NCBI GenBank assembly: GCA_963744995.1
Contig: CAVUWA010000002.1
Coordinates: forward strand, 64,001 to 128,000
DNA: 64,000 nt
Source of the DNA: Candidatus Eiseniibacteriota bacterium
Lineage (GTDB): Bacteria > Eisenbacteria > RBG-16-71-46
Reading direction: 5' to 3'
The notes under the pieces are model-generated. The model made no database searches, was not told where the DNA came from, and saw only the letters and a program-made list of their open reading frames with translations. Position numbers and translations under genes: made by a program. This document shows positions 1-8,881 of the stretch, in pieces. The first letter of the stretch is position 1; the number at the start of each line of letters is the position of its first letter.

Positions 1-87
1 CGGCTCATCGAGCAGTTGAAGAGCGGCGCGGCCGATTCGAGTGCGGCCCCGGGCGGCGCGGCCGGCGCTCCGCAGGGCGCGCCGTGA
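1..87 (+). CDS. 3' end of an upstream gene (partial, product unknown)
   Basis: Open frame RLIEQLKSG...QGAP* from base 1; its TGA overlaps the GTG of the next gene (GTGA coupling). Confidence 0.45.
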   Translation, partial: RLIEQLKSGAADSSAAPGGAAGAPQGAP

Positions 88-851
88 GCGGGCCGCTGCG
101 CATCGCCCGCTCGGGCGGCGTCGTGCGCCTCTCGCTGTCCTCGCCGCCGCTCAACGTGCTCGATCGCGAGTCGAATCGTGCGATCGCGGCCGCGGTCCAT
201 GCGCATTCGAAGGATGCGAGCGTCGTCGCCATGGTGCTCGATGGCGCCGGCGCGAAGGGTTTCTCGGCCGGTGTCGCAGTCGCCGACCACACGCCCGATC
301 GCGTCGCCGGCATGCTCGAGGACTTCCATGCGGCGGTGCGCGCGCTGTGGCGCGCGGAGTGCCCGACGTTCGCCGCGGTGCACGGCTTCGCGCTCGGCGG
401 CGGACTCGAGCTCGCGCTGGCATGCGACATGGTGGTGGTGGAGGCGGACGCGAAGCTCGGCTTCCCGGAGATCCGGCTCGGCGCGTACCCGCCGGTCGCC
501 GCGACGCTGCTGCCCGGCCGGATCGGCTGGGCCGCCGCGTGCGAGCTGGTGCTCACCGGCGAGAACGTGGGCGCGGAGCGTGCGCTGGCGCTCGGGCTCG
601 TGAACCGCGTCGTGCCGCCGGGCGCGCTGGAGAAGGCGGTCGACGACATGCTGCGCCCGCTGCTCGCGCTGAGCCCGGCCGTGGTGCGCGAAGCGAAGCG
701 CGCGCTGCGCGAGGGCGCGACGCCGGCGCCCGGCACCGCGCTCGCGCGCATCGAGGAGCGCTATCTCGATTCGCTGATGAAGCTCGCGGACGCCGGCGAG
801 GGAATCCGCGCGTTCATGGAAAAGCGGCCGCCGCGCTTCGAGAATCGGTAG
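84..851 (+). CDS. Enoyl-CoA hydratase/isomerase (crotonase) family, resembles cyclohexa-1,5-dienecarbonyl-CoA hydratase (Dch)
   Basis: FSAGVAV, AVHGFALGGGLELALACD, LGFPEIRLG and EGIRAFMEKRPP motifs. Confidence 0.9.
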   Translation: MSGPLRIARSGGVVRLSLSSPPLNVLDRESNRAIAAAVHAHSKDASVVAMVLDGAGAKGFSAGVAVADHTPDRVAGMLEDFHAAVRALWRAECPTFAAVHGFALGGGLELALACDMVVVEADAKLGFPEIRLGAYPPVAATLLPGRIGWAAACELVLTGENVGAERALALGLVNRVVPPGALEKAVDDMLRPLLALSPAVVREAKRALREGATPAPGTALARIEERYLDSLMKLADAGEGIRAFMEKRPPRFENR

Positions 852-1028
852 GCGTCGTGGAGGTTCGGCCGGCGGCGGGCGTGGCGCCGTCGCGGCCCAT
901 GCCGCGCCGCTTGCGGTGCACGAACCGCTCGGGCTAGGCTCGGTCACCGCCGCGCAGGGAAGCCTCCGGTTTCCGTTCCGCGGGTCGGCCCCGGCCGGTC
1001 GCGGCCCTCACCCGTTCCCTGAAAGCCC

Positions 1029-2048
1029 ATGAACGAGACCGCCCACACCATCCATCTTGCCGGACCGCGCGGCTTCTGCGCGGGTGTCGACCGCGCCATC
1101 GACATCGTCGAGATGGCGCTCGAGGTGTTCGGTGCGCCGGTCTACGTGCGGCACGAGATCGTGCACAACCGGCACGTGGTGGAGGCGCTGCGCGAGAAGG
1201 GCGCGGTGTTCGTGGACGAGCTCGCCGACGTGCCCGCGGGCGCGCACGTGATCTTCTCGGCGCACGGCGTGTCGCCGGCGGTGCGCGAGGAGGCCGCGAG
1301 CCGCGGGCTGCGCGCGATGGACGCGACCTGCCCGCTGGTGACCAAGGTGCATCTCGAGGCGCTGCGCCACGCGAAGAAGGGTTACACGATCGCGCTCGTC
1401 GGACATCGGAATCACGTCGAGGTGCAGGGCACGCTCGGCGAGGCGCCCGAGCACATCGTCGTGGTCGAGGACGTCGCGGAAGCCGAGGCGCTCCAGGTGG
1501 CGGACCCCGACAAGGTGGCCTACATCACGCAGACCACGCTTTCGGTCGACGACTGCCGCGCGATCGTCGAGGTGCTGCGGCGCCGCTTTCCGACGATCAG
1601 CGAGCCGGCGAAGAACGACATCTGCTACGCGACGCAGAACCGGCAGAACGCGGTCAAGGAGCTGTCGCGGCGCGCGGCCGTCGTGCTGGTGGTCGGCGCG
1701 CCGGCGAGCAGCAACGCCAACCGTCTCGTCGAGGTCGCGGCGCAGCACGGCGCGACCGCGTACCTGATCGAAGCGCCCGAGGACATCCGGCCGGAATGGA
1801 TCCACGGTGACGTCGGCATCACCGCCGGCGCGTCGACGCCCGAGCACGTCGTGCAGGGTTGCGTCGAGCGCGTGCGGTCGATGGGCGAGTACCGCGTCGA
1901 GGAATTCCGCCTGGTCGAGGAGCGCGTGATGTTCCCGCTGCCGGGGGATCTGCTCGTCGCCGCGAAGGCGCGCGGCGTCGAAGTCGGTTCCGGCAACGCG
2001 CGCGCCGCCGAACGCGCACAGAACGAGTTCAAGATCCGCCACCACTGA
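1029..2048 (+). CDS. ispH: 4-hydroxy-3-methylbut-2-enyl diphosphate reductase
   Basis: PRGFCAGVDRAI, HEIVHN, DATCPLVTKVH, QTTLS, DICYATQNRQ, SSN and GITAGASTP. Confidence 0.97.
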   Translation: MNETAHTIHLAGPRGFCAGVDRAIDIVEMALEVFGAPVYVRHEIVHNRHVVEALREKGAVFVDELADVPAGAHVIFSAHGVSPAVREEAASRGLRAMDATCPLVTKVHLEALRHAKKGYTIALVGHRNHVEVQGTLGEAPEHIVVVEDVAEAEALQVADPDKVAYITQTTLSVDDCRAIVEVLRRRFPTISEPAKNDICYATQNRQNAVKELSRRAAVVLVVGAPASSNANRLVEVAAQHGATAYLIEAPEDIRPEWIHGDVGITAGASTPEHVVQGCVERVRSMGEYRVEEFRLVEERVMFPLPGDLLVAAKARGVEVGSGNARAAERAQNEFKIRHH

Positions 2049-2082
2049 TGCGTCGCACGTGCGCCCGCGGAGGGCGCGGCCG

Positions 2083-2883
2083 ATGATCCTGCCCAAAGTG
2101 CTCCTGGTGCCGAACCGGGTGACGCTGCTGCTCGACGAGCACCGCGGCCATCGCACGCCGATGCTGGAGGCGCTCGATGAAGAGGCGCTGTGGCTCGGCG
2201 AGTCAGCCCCCGACGTGATCGTCGCGCTGAGTGCACGCTGGAAGAGCGAAGGAGCCTTCCTGATCGACGAAGGCAGACGCCACCAGACGATCACCGACTA
2301 CTCGGGGTTCGGCGTGGAAGTGCGCTACGACTGCGCCGGGCACCAGGCGCTGGCCCGCGCGCTGGCCGAGGCGGGGAAGCAGGCGGGACTTCGCGCCGCG
2401 ACCACGGTGCGCGGAATCGACAGCGGCATCTCGGTGCCGCTGCACTTCCTCGCCCGCAGCCGCCGCCACCCGGTGGTGCCGCTGGGCCTCGGCGATCATC
2501 CGCCCGCCGCGTGCCGGCGCTGGGGCGCCGTGCTGCGCACGACGCTCGCGGCGCGTGAGGAACGCGTCGCGTTCATCGTCGGCGGCATGCTGTCCAACAA
2601 CGAACACGAGTGGAACCTCAAGCGCGCCGTGCCCGAAGCGGAGACGCTCGACGAAGCGGTGCTGGGCGCGCTGAAGAGCGGCGACTGGAACGCGGTGCAC
2701 ACGCACCGGAAGAGCGTGCTGGCGCGGGCGCGGCCCGAGGCCGCGCTGCGCCACCTGGACGTGATCCACGGCTTCCTTGGCGACGAGGGGCGCGGCGTCG
2801 TGCGCACCTACGAAGCCGGGCCGGGCGTCGGCGCCGCGCTCGTGTCGTTCGAGCTCGGCGCGGCGTCGCCCGCCGGCGCCTGA
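2083..2883 (+). CDS. LigB/class III extradiol dioxygenase-fold protein with substituted metal ligands
   Basis: PDVIVALS.RW, TDYSGF, G.D.G.SVPL.FL and PEA..RH pattern; GGAGG RBS at 2069-2073. Confidence 0.75.
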   Translation: MILPKVLLVPNRVTLLLDEHRGHRTPMLEALDEEALWLGESAPDVIVALSARWKSEGAFLIDEGRRHQTITDYSGFGVEVRYDCAGHQALARALAEAGKQAGLRAATTVRGIDSGISVPLHFLARSRRHPVVPLGLGDHPPAACRRWGAVLRTTLAAREERVAFIVGGMLSNNEHEWNLKRAVPEAETLDEAVLGALKSGDWNAVHTHRKSVLARARPEAALRHLDVIHGFLGDEGRGVVRTYEAGPGVGAALVSFELGAASPAGA

Positions 2884-2889
2884 AGCGCC

Positions 2890-4173
2890 GTGCGCATCCT
2901 ATTCGTCAACGCGTTCCACTATCTGCGCGGCGGCGTCGAACGCACCTACTTCGATGAGACGCGCTGGCTCGCCGCGGCCGGACACGAGGTCCGGCACTTC
3001 GCGATCCAGGACACCCGCAACCTGCCGAGCGAGTCGGCGCCGTTCTTCGCCCCGGCGGTGGACTACGGAGAGGGCGCGCCGCTCGGCCGGCAGGTCGGCC
3101 ACATGGCCGACGCGCTGTGGTCGGCGCCCGCGGCCGCGGCGCTGCGGCGTCTGCTGTCGACGTTCCGGCCCGACGTGGCGCACGTGCACGCGCCGAGCCG
3201 CTACCTCACGCCTTCGGTGCTGCGCCCGCTCGAAGCGGCGCGCGTGCCGATCGTGATGACGCTGCACGATTTCAAGCCGTGGTGCACGAATCGCGTGCTG
3301 TTCGCGCGCGGGGCGCCGTGCGAGCGCTGCCGCGGTGGGGCGCACTGGCACGCGGCGGCGACCGGCTGCGTACAGGGTTCACATCTGAAGAGCGCGGTCG
3401 GCAGCATCGAGGCGTATCTGCACGACGCGCTCGGAGCCTACCGCGCGGTGCGGCTGTGGATCGCGCCGTCGGCGTTCGTGCGCGACAAAGCCGCATCGCT
3501 CGGCGCACCGCGCGAGCGCTTGCGCCTGCTGCGCCACGGCGTGGAACGTGAACCCGAGCCGCCGGCGACGACGCGGGGGCCGACCACGCGCGAAGCCGTG
3601 AGCGAGACGCCGCCGCCGCCCGCGCGCGCGCCGCTCGCGATTCCGCGGCAGCGCTACGTGCTCTTTGCGGGACGGCTTTCGATCGAGAAAGGCGTGCGGC
3701 TGCTGCCGCGGGTGGCCGCGGCGATCGGCGAGACGCCGCTGCTGGTGGCGGGGGAAGGGCCGCTGTTCGCCGACATGGAGCACGCCGCGCAGTCGCAGCG
3801 CAACATCCGTCTGCTCGGCCACCTGTCGGGCGCGGATCTGGCTGCAGTGCTCGCGCACGCCGCCGTCGTCGTGGTGCCGTCGCTGTTCTACGAGACGTAC
3901 TGCTACGCCGTCGCCGAGGCGCAGCTCGACGGCCGGGTCGTGGTCGCCTCGCGCATCGGCGCGATTCCGGAACTGGTCGAGCACGAGGTGACCGGCCTGC
4001 TCGCCGCGCCCGGGGACGCCGAGGCGCTGGCGGGTGCCGTCACGCGCGCGCTCGACGACCCTGCGGCGCAGGGCTGGGCGGAGGCGGGCCGGCACCGGGT
4101 CGCGGCGGACGGCGACCCGGCGAAGCACGTGGCGGGGCTCACCGCCATCTACGAGCAGGCGCTCGGCCGCTGA
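2890..4173 (+). CDS. Glycosyltransferase family 4
   Basis: GGVE, PIVMTLHD, FAGRLSIEKG, VVPSLFYETY..AVAEA, VVASRIGAIPE; Cys cluster C..CERC..C. Confidence 0.92.
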   Translation: MRILFVNAFHYLRGGVERTYFDETRWLAAAGHEVRHFAIQDTRNLPSESAPFFAPAVDYGEGAPLGRQVGHMADALWSAPAAAALRRLLSTFRPDVAHVHAPSRYLTPSVLRPLEAARVPIVMTLHDFKPWCTNRVLFARGAPCERCRGGAHWHAAATGCVQGSHLKSAVGSIEAYLHDALGAYRAVRLWIAPSAFVRDKAASLGAPRERLRLLRHGVEREPEPPATTRGPTTREAVSETPPPPARAPLAIPRQRYVLFAGRLSIEKGVRLLPRVAAAIGETPLLVAGEGPLFADMEHAAQSQRNIRLLGHLSGADLAAVLAHAAVVVVPSLFYETYCYAVAEAQLDGRVVVASRIGAIPELVEHEVTGLLAAPGDAEALAGAVTRALDDPAAQGWAEAGRHRVAADGDPAKHVAGLTAIYEQALGR

Positions 4174-4179
4174 GCGGCG

Positions 4180-4770
4180 TCATTTCTGCGCGCCGAACGG
4201 CCAGGCCTCGAGGCCGGCTTCCAGCTCGACGCCGAGCGCCGAGACCACGCGATTGACGTGGCCGTAGAAGGCGGTGATCTCGGTGGCCTTGAGGATCATC
4301 GGGTCGTCGAAGCCGTATTCGCGGATCCGCTCGATGTCGTCGAGTTTGCGCTCACCGGGCTCGCAGGTCAGCGCGACGGCGTAATCGAGCAGTACGCGAT
4401 CGCGCGCGGTGAGGTTCGACTCGCGGTAGTCCATCGCCACGGCGCGCGCCAGCGCCTCGTCACCGAGCGCCTTCGCGAGCCGCGGCCCGTGATGCGCGAC
4501 GCAGTAACCGCAGCCGTTGGTGGCCGACACGACCAGCGCGATCAGCTCCGCCTGCGCCGCCGAGAGCGGCGCCGGCGCGTGCATCAGCGCCTCGTAGAGC
4601 GCATAGGTCGCCGCAAGGCCGGCAGGATCGAGGCCCTGTGCCTGCCACACGTTCGAGATCTGCGCACGCGAGGACTGCGCGAGGATGTGCTCGTAGGTTT
4701 CGGCGAGCGGAGGCTGCGCGTCGTCCGGCGCGACGCGGCCGACCCAGTGCGGAACGCTTTCCTTCGACAT
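4180..4770 (-). CDS. Peroxidase-related enzyme (AhpD/CMD family)
   Basis: ELIALVVSATNGCGYCVAHHG motif and C-terminal NRV. Confidence 0.88.
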   Translation of the reverse strand: MSKESVPHWVGRVAPDDAQPPLAETYEHILAQSSRAQISNVWQAQGLDPAGLAATYALYEALMHAPAPLSAAQAELIALVVSATNGCGYCVAHHGPRLAKALGDEALARAVAMDYRESNLTARDRVLLDYAVALTCEPGERKLDDIERIREYGFDDPMILKATEITAFYGHVNRVVSALGVELEAGLEAWPFGAQK

Positions 4771-4966
4771 GCATCGCATGCTAGCGAGTGGCGTCCGCGC
4801 GCCGCAAGCGCGGGCCGGGCCGGCGTCCACGCGCGGGCGGCGCCGGCGCGCGGTTGGAGTAAGATCGGACCGAACCGCGGGGACGCGAAGACGCCCGGAC
4901 ATCCGCTCCGGGACGACGCCGCGCCGCGGTTCCGGAGCCTTCCGAACGCAAGGAGCGGGTGAAGTC

Positions 4967-5488
4967 ATGAAGATGCTGGTGCCGATGATCGCGATCGTGC
5001 TGGCCGCGGGGACGACCACGCCGGCGAGCGAGACGCAGCAGGCGCCGCCGGCGATCCCGGCGGAGCAGACCCGGCCGGTCGCGCCGGTGGTCGACTCGTT
5101 CCTCACCGAGGATCTCGAGGACATCAACGCCGGGATCGAACGCGCCGCCGACGCGGACGAGGAGTGGGTGACCGACCCGGTGCGCATTGCGATGAACGTG
5201 GTGGAGCAGGGCCCCGACGCGATCGACGAGCGGCGTTACCTGCAGATCACCTACGAGGGCGGCGGCCCGCATGGGAACACCGCCGTCGTGACGGTCGTCA
5301 CCGACGGCTACCTCGACGATTCGATGCGCGGCGAGTGGTGCCGCTTCGCGATGGCGAAGGAGGACGACGGCTCCTGGCGGGTGACGGAGTTCCGCCATGC
5401 ATGGCGCTGCTGGCGCGGCCGCGTGACGGATTCGGGCAGGACGACGGCGGAGCACCTCGATCACTTCACCAGCGACCGCTGCCTGTGA
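4967..5488 (+). CDS. Exported hypothetical protein
   Basis: Signal peptide MKMLVPMIAIVLAAG; GYLDDSMRG...W.CWRGR...C pattern; AAGGAG upstream. Confidence 0.7.
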   Translation: MKMLVPMIAIVLAAGTTTPASETQQAPPAIPAEQTRPVAPVVDSFLTEDLEDINAGIERAADADEEWVTDPVRIAMNVVEQGPDAIDERRYLQITYEGGGPHGNTAVVTVVTDGYLDDSMRGEWCRFAMAKEDDGSWRVTEFRHAWRCWRGRVTDSGRTTAEHLDHFTSDRCL

Positions 5489-5970
5489 GCGGGGCGCGAC
5501 GCAAGGAAGTGACCCCCGGCCAATCCGGGCGTGCGAGCCTCGCGGTGCTCGCCGTGTTCGTGGCCGTGCTGCTCGCCGGCCTCGTCACCTGGTGGCGCTC
5601 GACGCATCGCGCGACCGAGCCGCCGTCGGTGCCGGCGGCGCCCGAGGAGGCGATCGGCCTGGCGCTCGGCGCGGCGGAGCCGGATTCCACGGCGATCAAG
5701 ACCAAATGGGTGGAAACCGTGCCCGACCTCGACCTCACGGCGCTCGATCCCGGGCGGCGCGAGACGTTCGTGCGCTTCATCAATGCACGGTTCTGCGAGT
5801 GCGGCTGCGGCTACACGCTCGGCGCGTGCCGCAATTTCGACCCGACCTGCGAGTACAGCGGACCGCTGGTCGCGGCGCTGTTCGACTCGGTGCGGGCCGG
5901 CGCCCGCTTCGACCTCGCCGGACTGCGCCCGCGCCCGGACGACACCCGGCCGGGGGGCGGCGCGAACTGA
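5485..5970 (+). CDS. Membrane-anchored hypothetical protein with CxCGC...C...C motif
   Basis: GTGA-coupled to the previous gene; one TM helix then FCECGCGYTLGACRNFDPTC. Confidence 0.65.
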   Translation: MSGARRKEVTPGQSGRASLAVLAVFVAVLLAGLVTWWRSTHRATEPPSVPAAPEEAIGLALGAAEPDSTAIKTKWVETVPDLDLTALDPGRRETFVRFINARFCECGCGYTLGACRNFDPTCEYSGPLVAALFDSVRAGARFDLAGLRPRPDDTRPGGGAN

Positions 5971-6115
5971 ATCCCCGCCGCGGCCCGGGGCATCCGAGAA
6001 ATCGTGTCCGGCGCGCGGCCCACGGGGGCCACGGAACCGCCCCTGAAGGCCCCCGCCGCTCTCGGCCCGTGCCCCGAACTGACGACGTAACAATCATTTG
6101 AAGCGCAGCCACCGG

Positions 6116-6144
6116 TTGACACCCGCTGCGGCCGGGGCTAAGTT
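6116..6144 (+). promoter_or_regulatory. sigma70-type promoter for sod-bcp
   Basis: TTGACA-17 nt-TAAGTT. Confidence 0.6.
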
Positions 6145-6222
6145 CAGCGGGTACCCCAAGGACACATACCGCCGCGCGCGGCGAGGTGCCGCGCGGGATC
6201 GATATGAAGAAGGAGGTCCAGC

Positions 6223-6837
6223 ATGCCGTTCCCCAAGCTGACCGCGAAGCCGTTCGATTCGATCCGTGAACTCAATGGAATCTCGAAGCGGACGATGGAA
6301 GAGCACTACGAGCTGTACAAGGGCTACGTCGCGAAGACGAACGAGATCCAGGAGAAACTGAACGGCGCGGATCGCGCCTCGGCGAACCAGACCTACAGCG
6401 AGCTGCGTGCGCTGCGCGCGGACCTGTCGTTCGCGATCGGCGGCGTGAAGAACCACGAGATCTATTTCGGCCACCTGGGCGGCAAGGGCGGCGCGCCGAG
6501 CGGCAAGCTCGCCGAGCTGCTCAATCGCGACTTCCCGTCGTTCGACAAGTGGCTCGAGGACTTCAAGGCCTCCGGGCTGGCGGCGCGCGGCTGGGTGTGG
6601 CTCGCCTACGACCACGACTGGAGCACGCTGACGACCGCGCTCGGCGACGCGCAGAACACGTTCCCGATCTGGAACGCGACGCCGATCCTGGCGCTGGACG
6701 TGTACGAGCACGCGTACTGGTTCGACTACGGTCGGGCCCGGGCGAAGTACATCGAGGCATTCTTCAACAACCTGGACTGGAACGTGGTCGCGCAGAATCT
6801 CGAGAAGGCGCTGGCCATGCAGCCGGTCGCGCGGTAG
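6223..6837 (+). CDS. sod: Fe/Mn superoxide dismutase
   Basis: HYELYKGYV, GGVKNHEIYF, GWVWL, DVYEHAY; AGGAGG RBS. Confidence 0.95.
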   Translation: MPFPKLTAKPFDSIRELNGISKRTMEEHYELYKGYVAKTNEIQEKLNGADRASANQTYSELRALRADLSFAIGGVKNHEIYFGHLGGKGGAPSGKLAELLNRDFPSFDKWLEDFKASGLAARGWVWLAYDHDWSTLTTALGDAQNTFPIWNATPILALDVYEHAYWFDYGRARAKYIEAFFNNLDWNVVAQNLEKALAMQPVAR

Positions 6838-6909
6838 ACGACGCTCACCGGGGCACACGCCCCTCCAGCCGGGCTCCCACGGGGGCCCGGCTGTGCTTCC
6901 GGAGGATGC

Positions 6910-7389
6910 ATGGCTGCGAGCCTGTTGCCCGTCATCGGAAAACCCGCACCGGACTTCACGCTGCCGTCGACGACCGGTGAACCGATCTCGCTCAAGCAGT
7001 ACAAGAACAAGAAGACCGTGGTGCTGTACTTCTATCCGAAGGACGAAACCCCCGGGTGCACGAAGGAAGCGTGTGCGTTTCGCGATCTCAACGACGAGAT
7101 GGCGAAGCACAATGTGGTGATCCTCGGCGTCTCCACCGACTCGATCGAGTCGCACAACGGCTTCCGCGAGAAGCACAAGCTGCCGTTCACGCTGCTTTCC
7201 GACGAGGACGCCACGGTGTCGAAGCAGTACGGCGTCTACAAGCAGAAGAACCTGTACGGCAAGAAGTACATGGGCATCGAGCGCACGACGTTCATCATCG
7301 ACCGCACCGGCCGGGTGGCGCAGATCTACCCGCGCGTGAAGGTCGATGGCCACGCGCAGGACGTTCTCGAGTTCGTGCGCGAGGACTGA
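6910..7389 (+). CDS. bcp: Thioredoxin-dependent peroxiredoxin Bcp/PrxQ
   Basis: VVLYFYPKDETPGCTKEACAFRD and ERTTFIID. Confidence 0.95.
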   Translation: MAASLLPVIGKPAPDFTLPSTTGEPISLKQYKNKKTVVLYFYPKDETPGCTKEACAFRDLNDEMAKHNVVILGVSTDSIESHNGFREKHKLPFTLLSDEDATVSKQYGVYKQKNLYGKKYMGIERTTFIIDRTGRVAQIYPRVKVDGHAQDVLEFVRED

Positions 7390-7469
7390 CGCCACGCTCC
7401 CGGCGGCCGCGACGCGCGTGACGCATCCGGATCCTCCCGCGTTGCGGGCGGCGCGGCGCTGAGGCGCGG

Positions 7470-8141
7470 GTGGACTTCGCGCCGAAGCACCCCGTCCCCG
7501 TCTTCCCGCTGCCCCGTCTCGTGCTGTACCCGCACACGATCCTGCCGCTGCACGTGTTCGAGCTGCGCTACCGCACGATGGTGCGCGACGCCCTGTCGGG
7601 CGAGCGCATGATCGCGCTGGCGCAGCTCGAGCCGGGCTACGAGAAGGACTACTACGGCAGCCCGCCGTTCCACTCCCTCGGCTGCCTCGCGCGGTTCGAA
7701 GAGGTCGAGTGGCTGCCCAACGACTGCTACGACCTCAAACTGCTCGGCCTTGGCCGCGTGCGCTTCGACCGCGTCGTGAAGGAGTTTCCCTACCGCGCGG
7801 CGCGCGTGAGCCTGCTGCCCGAGGCGCCCTACGACGAGAACGACCCGCTCGTGCAGATGGAGAAGACGGCGCTGCGCGAGACGTGCGTGCGCTGGCTGAA
7901 CGCGCTCGCCGAGCTGAAGGGCGCCGGGGCGACCTCGGGCCTCATCGGGCAGCTGGGCTACGAGGTGCTGGTGAACGGCGCCTGCATGCTGCTCGGCGCG
8001 GGGATGGCGGACCACCTGGCGCTGCTGGGCATGGACAGCGTGCTCGAGCGCGGCCGGGCGGTGCGCGCCATCATGAGCGGACGACTCGAGAAGGGACTGC
8101 AGCCCCCGGAGCAGGGCGGAGCGCCCGGCGGGCGCAACTAG
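7470..8141 (+). CDS. LON peptidase substrate-binding domain protein (stand-alone)
   Basis: PVFPLPRLVLYPHTILPLHVFELRYRTMVRDAL; no ATPase or protease domain. Confidence 0.88.
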   Translation: MDFAPKHPVPVFPLPRLVLYPHTILPLHVFELRYRTMVRDALSGERMIALAQLEPGYEKDYYGSPPFHSLGCLARFEEVEWLPNDCYDLKLLGLGRVRFDRVVKEFPYRAARVSLLPEAPYDENDPLVQMEKTALRETCVRWLNALAELKGAGATSGLIGQLGYEVLVNGACMLLGAGMADHLALLGMDSVLERGRAVRAIMSGRLEKGLQPPEQGGAPGGRN

Positions 8142-8553
8142 GGACGACGACCGCGCCGCGACGGAGCCGTGCAGCGAACCGCCCCGCCGCGCGCGACGGC
8201 CGTCGACGTTCGGAGCATCGCCGGGCGCCCAGCCGGCGCCGCCCGTCTGGAGGCCAGCTTTCCGGACGTGCGCCATCGTGCGACCCGGCGGATGCTCACT
8301 GGGGGGAATGCCTGCGCTGCTTCGCACGACCGGCGGAGGAGTCCCCCGAGCCCACAACCGCCCGCGTGATCCACAGCGCACCCCCCGACCGCGAGAGACT
8401 CCTGCTCAGCCAGGCAGGCGCGCCCCCACGGGTACTGCAGAGAGCGGCGACCGCGCGCCGCGCGCACGAGTGCCAGGACGTCACGGGCCGTACGGTGTCA
8501 GCACGGTCGCCAAAGCATTCGGTTGTCGTGAACGGGAGGGACCCTGTGGCGCG

Positions 8554-8700
8554 AAAAAAAATCGCTGTTTTCCGGAGAACGGGAACGGCAAACGTCCGAT
8601 GTCGTCGCGCGAGGGAACCGGGTGCACGCGGGAGGAGAACGTGCGGGGGGGTGGCTGAAGCCGACCCTCGTGGCGGCTCAGCGAAAGGCGGGGACCTGCT
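8554..8700 (-). ncRNA. Candidate sigma54-dependent small RNA
   Basis: Starts about 12 nt downstream of a -24/-12 box; contains a hairpin and C-rich tracts; ends at a U8 run; no credible ORF. Confidence 0.35.
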
Positions 8701-8711
8701 TGCTGCTTGAA

Positions 8712-8726
8712 GCAAGGCTATGACCG
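8712..8726 (-). promoter_or_regulatory. sigma54 -24/-12 promoter
   Basis: Minus strand CGGTCATAGCCTTGC(T), GG-N10-GC; AT-rich tract just upstream. Confidence 0.5.
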
Positions 8727-8843
8727 CAGCCGTGATCGTGCAACCCCTAAAATCAAACACGCGCATCCGGACGGCGACGGTCGCGGCAACGGGCGGGTGA
8801 AACCGGCCGCGGTCCGGCCTGCCCGGGGTCCGAGCGGCCTGCC

Positions 8844-8872
8844 TTGTCGGTCCCATCCCCGGCGGCTATTCT
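8844..8872 (+). promoter_or_regulatory. sigma70-type promoter of tnaA (near-leaderless)
   Basis: TTGTCG-17 nt-TATTCT, 9 nt before the ATG, no SD. Confidence 0.5.
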
Positions 8873-8881
8873 CGCACCGAC

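Noticed and set aside
8606..8700. AGGGAACCGGGTGCA and GCGAAAG..GGGAC as cobalamin or c-di-GMP riboswitch
   Set aside because: Remaining conserved blocks (GCCCCCGCAACTGT/B12 box; GCAAAGCC) are absent
7709..8710. ORF ending ...GGDLLAA*, like an ssrA tag (possible tmRNA)
   Set aside because: No tRNA-like ends (GGGG...TTCGA...CCA) nearby; the ORF is an Arg-rich shadow frame
8780..8881. TnaC-like leader peptide for tnaA
   Set aside because: No short Trp-containing ORF with an SD; the promoter appears to abut the start codon
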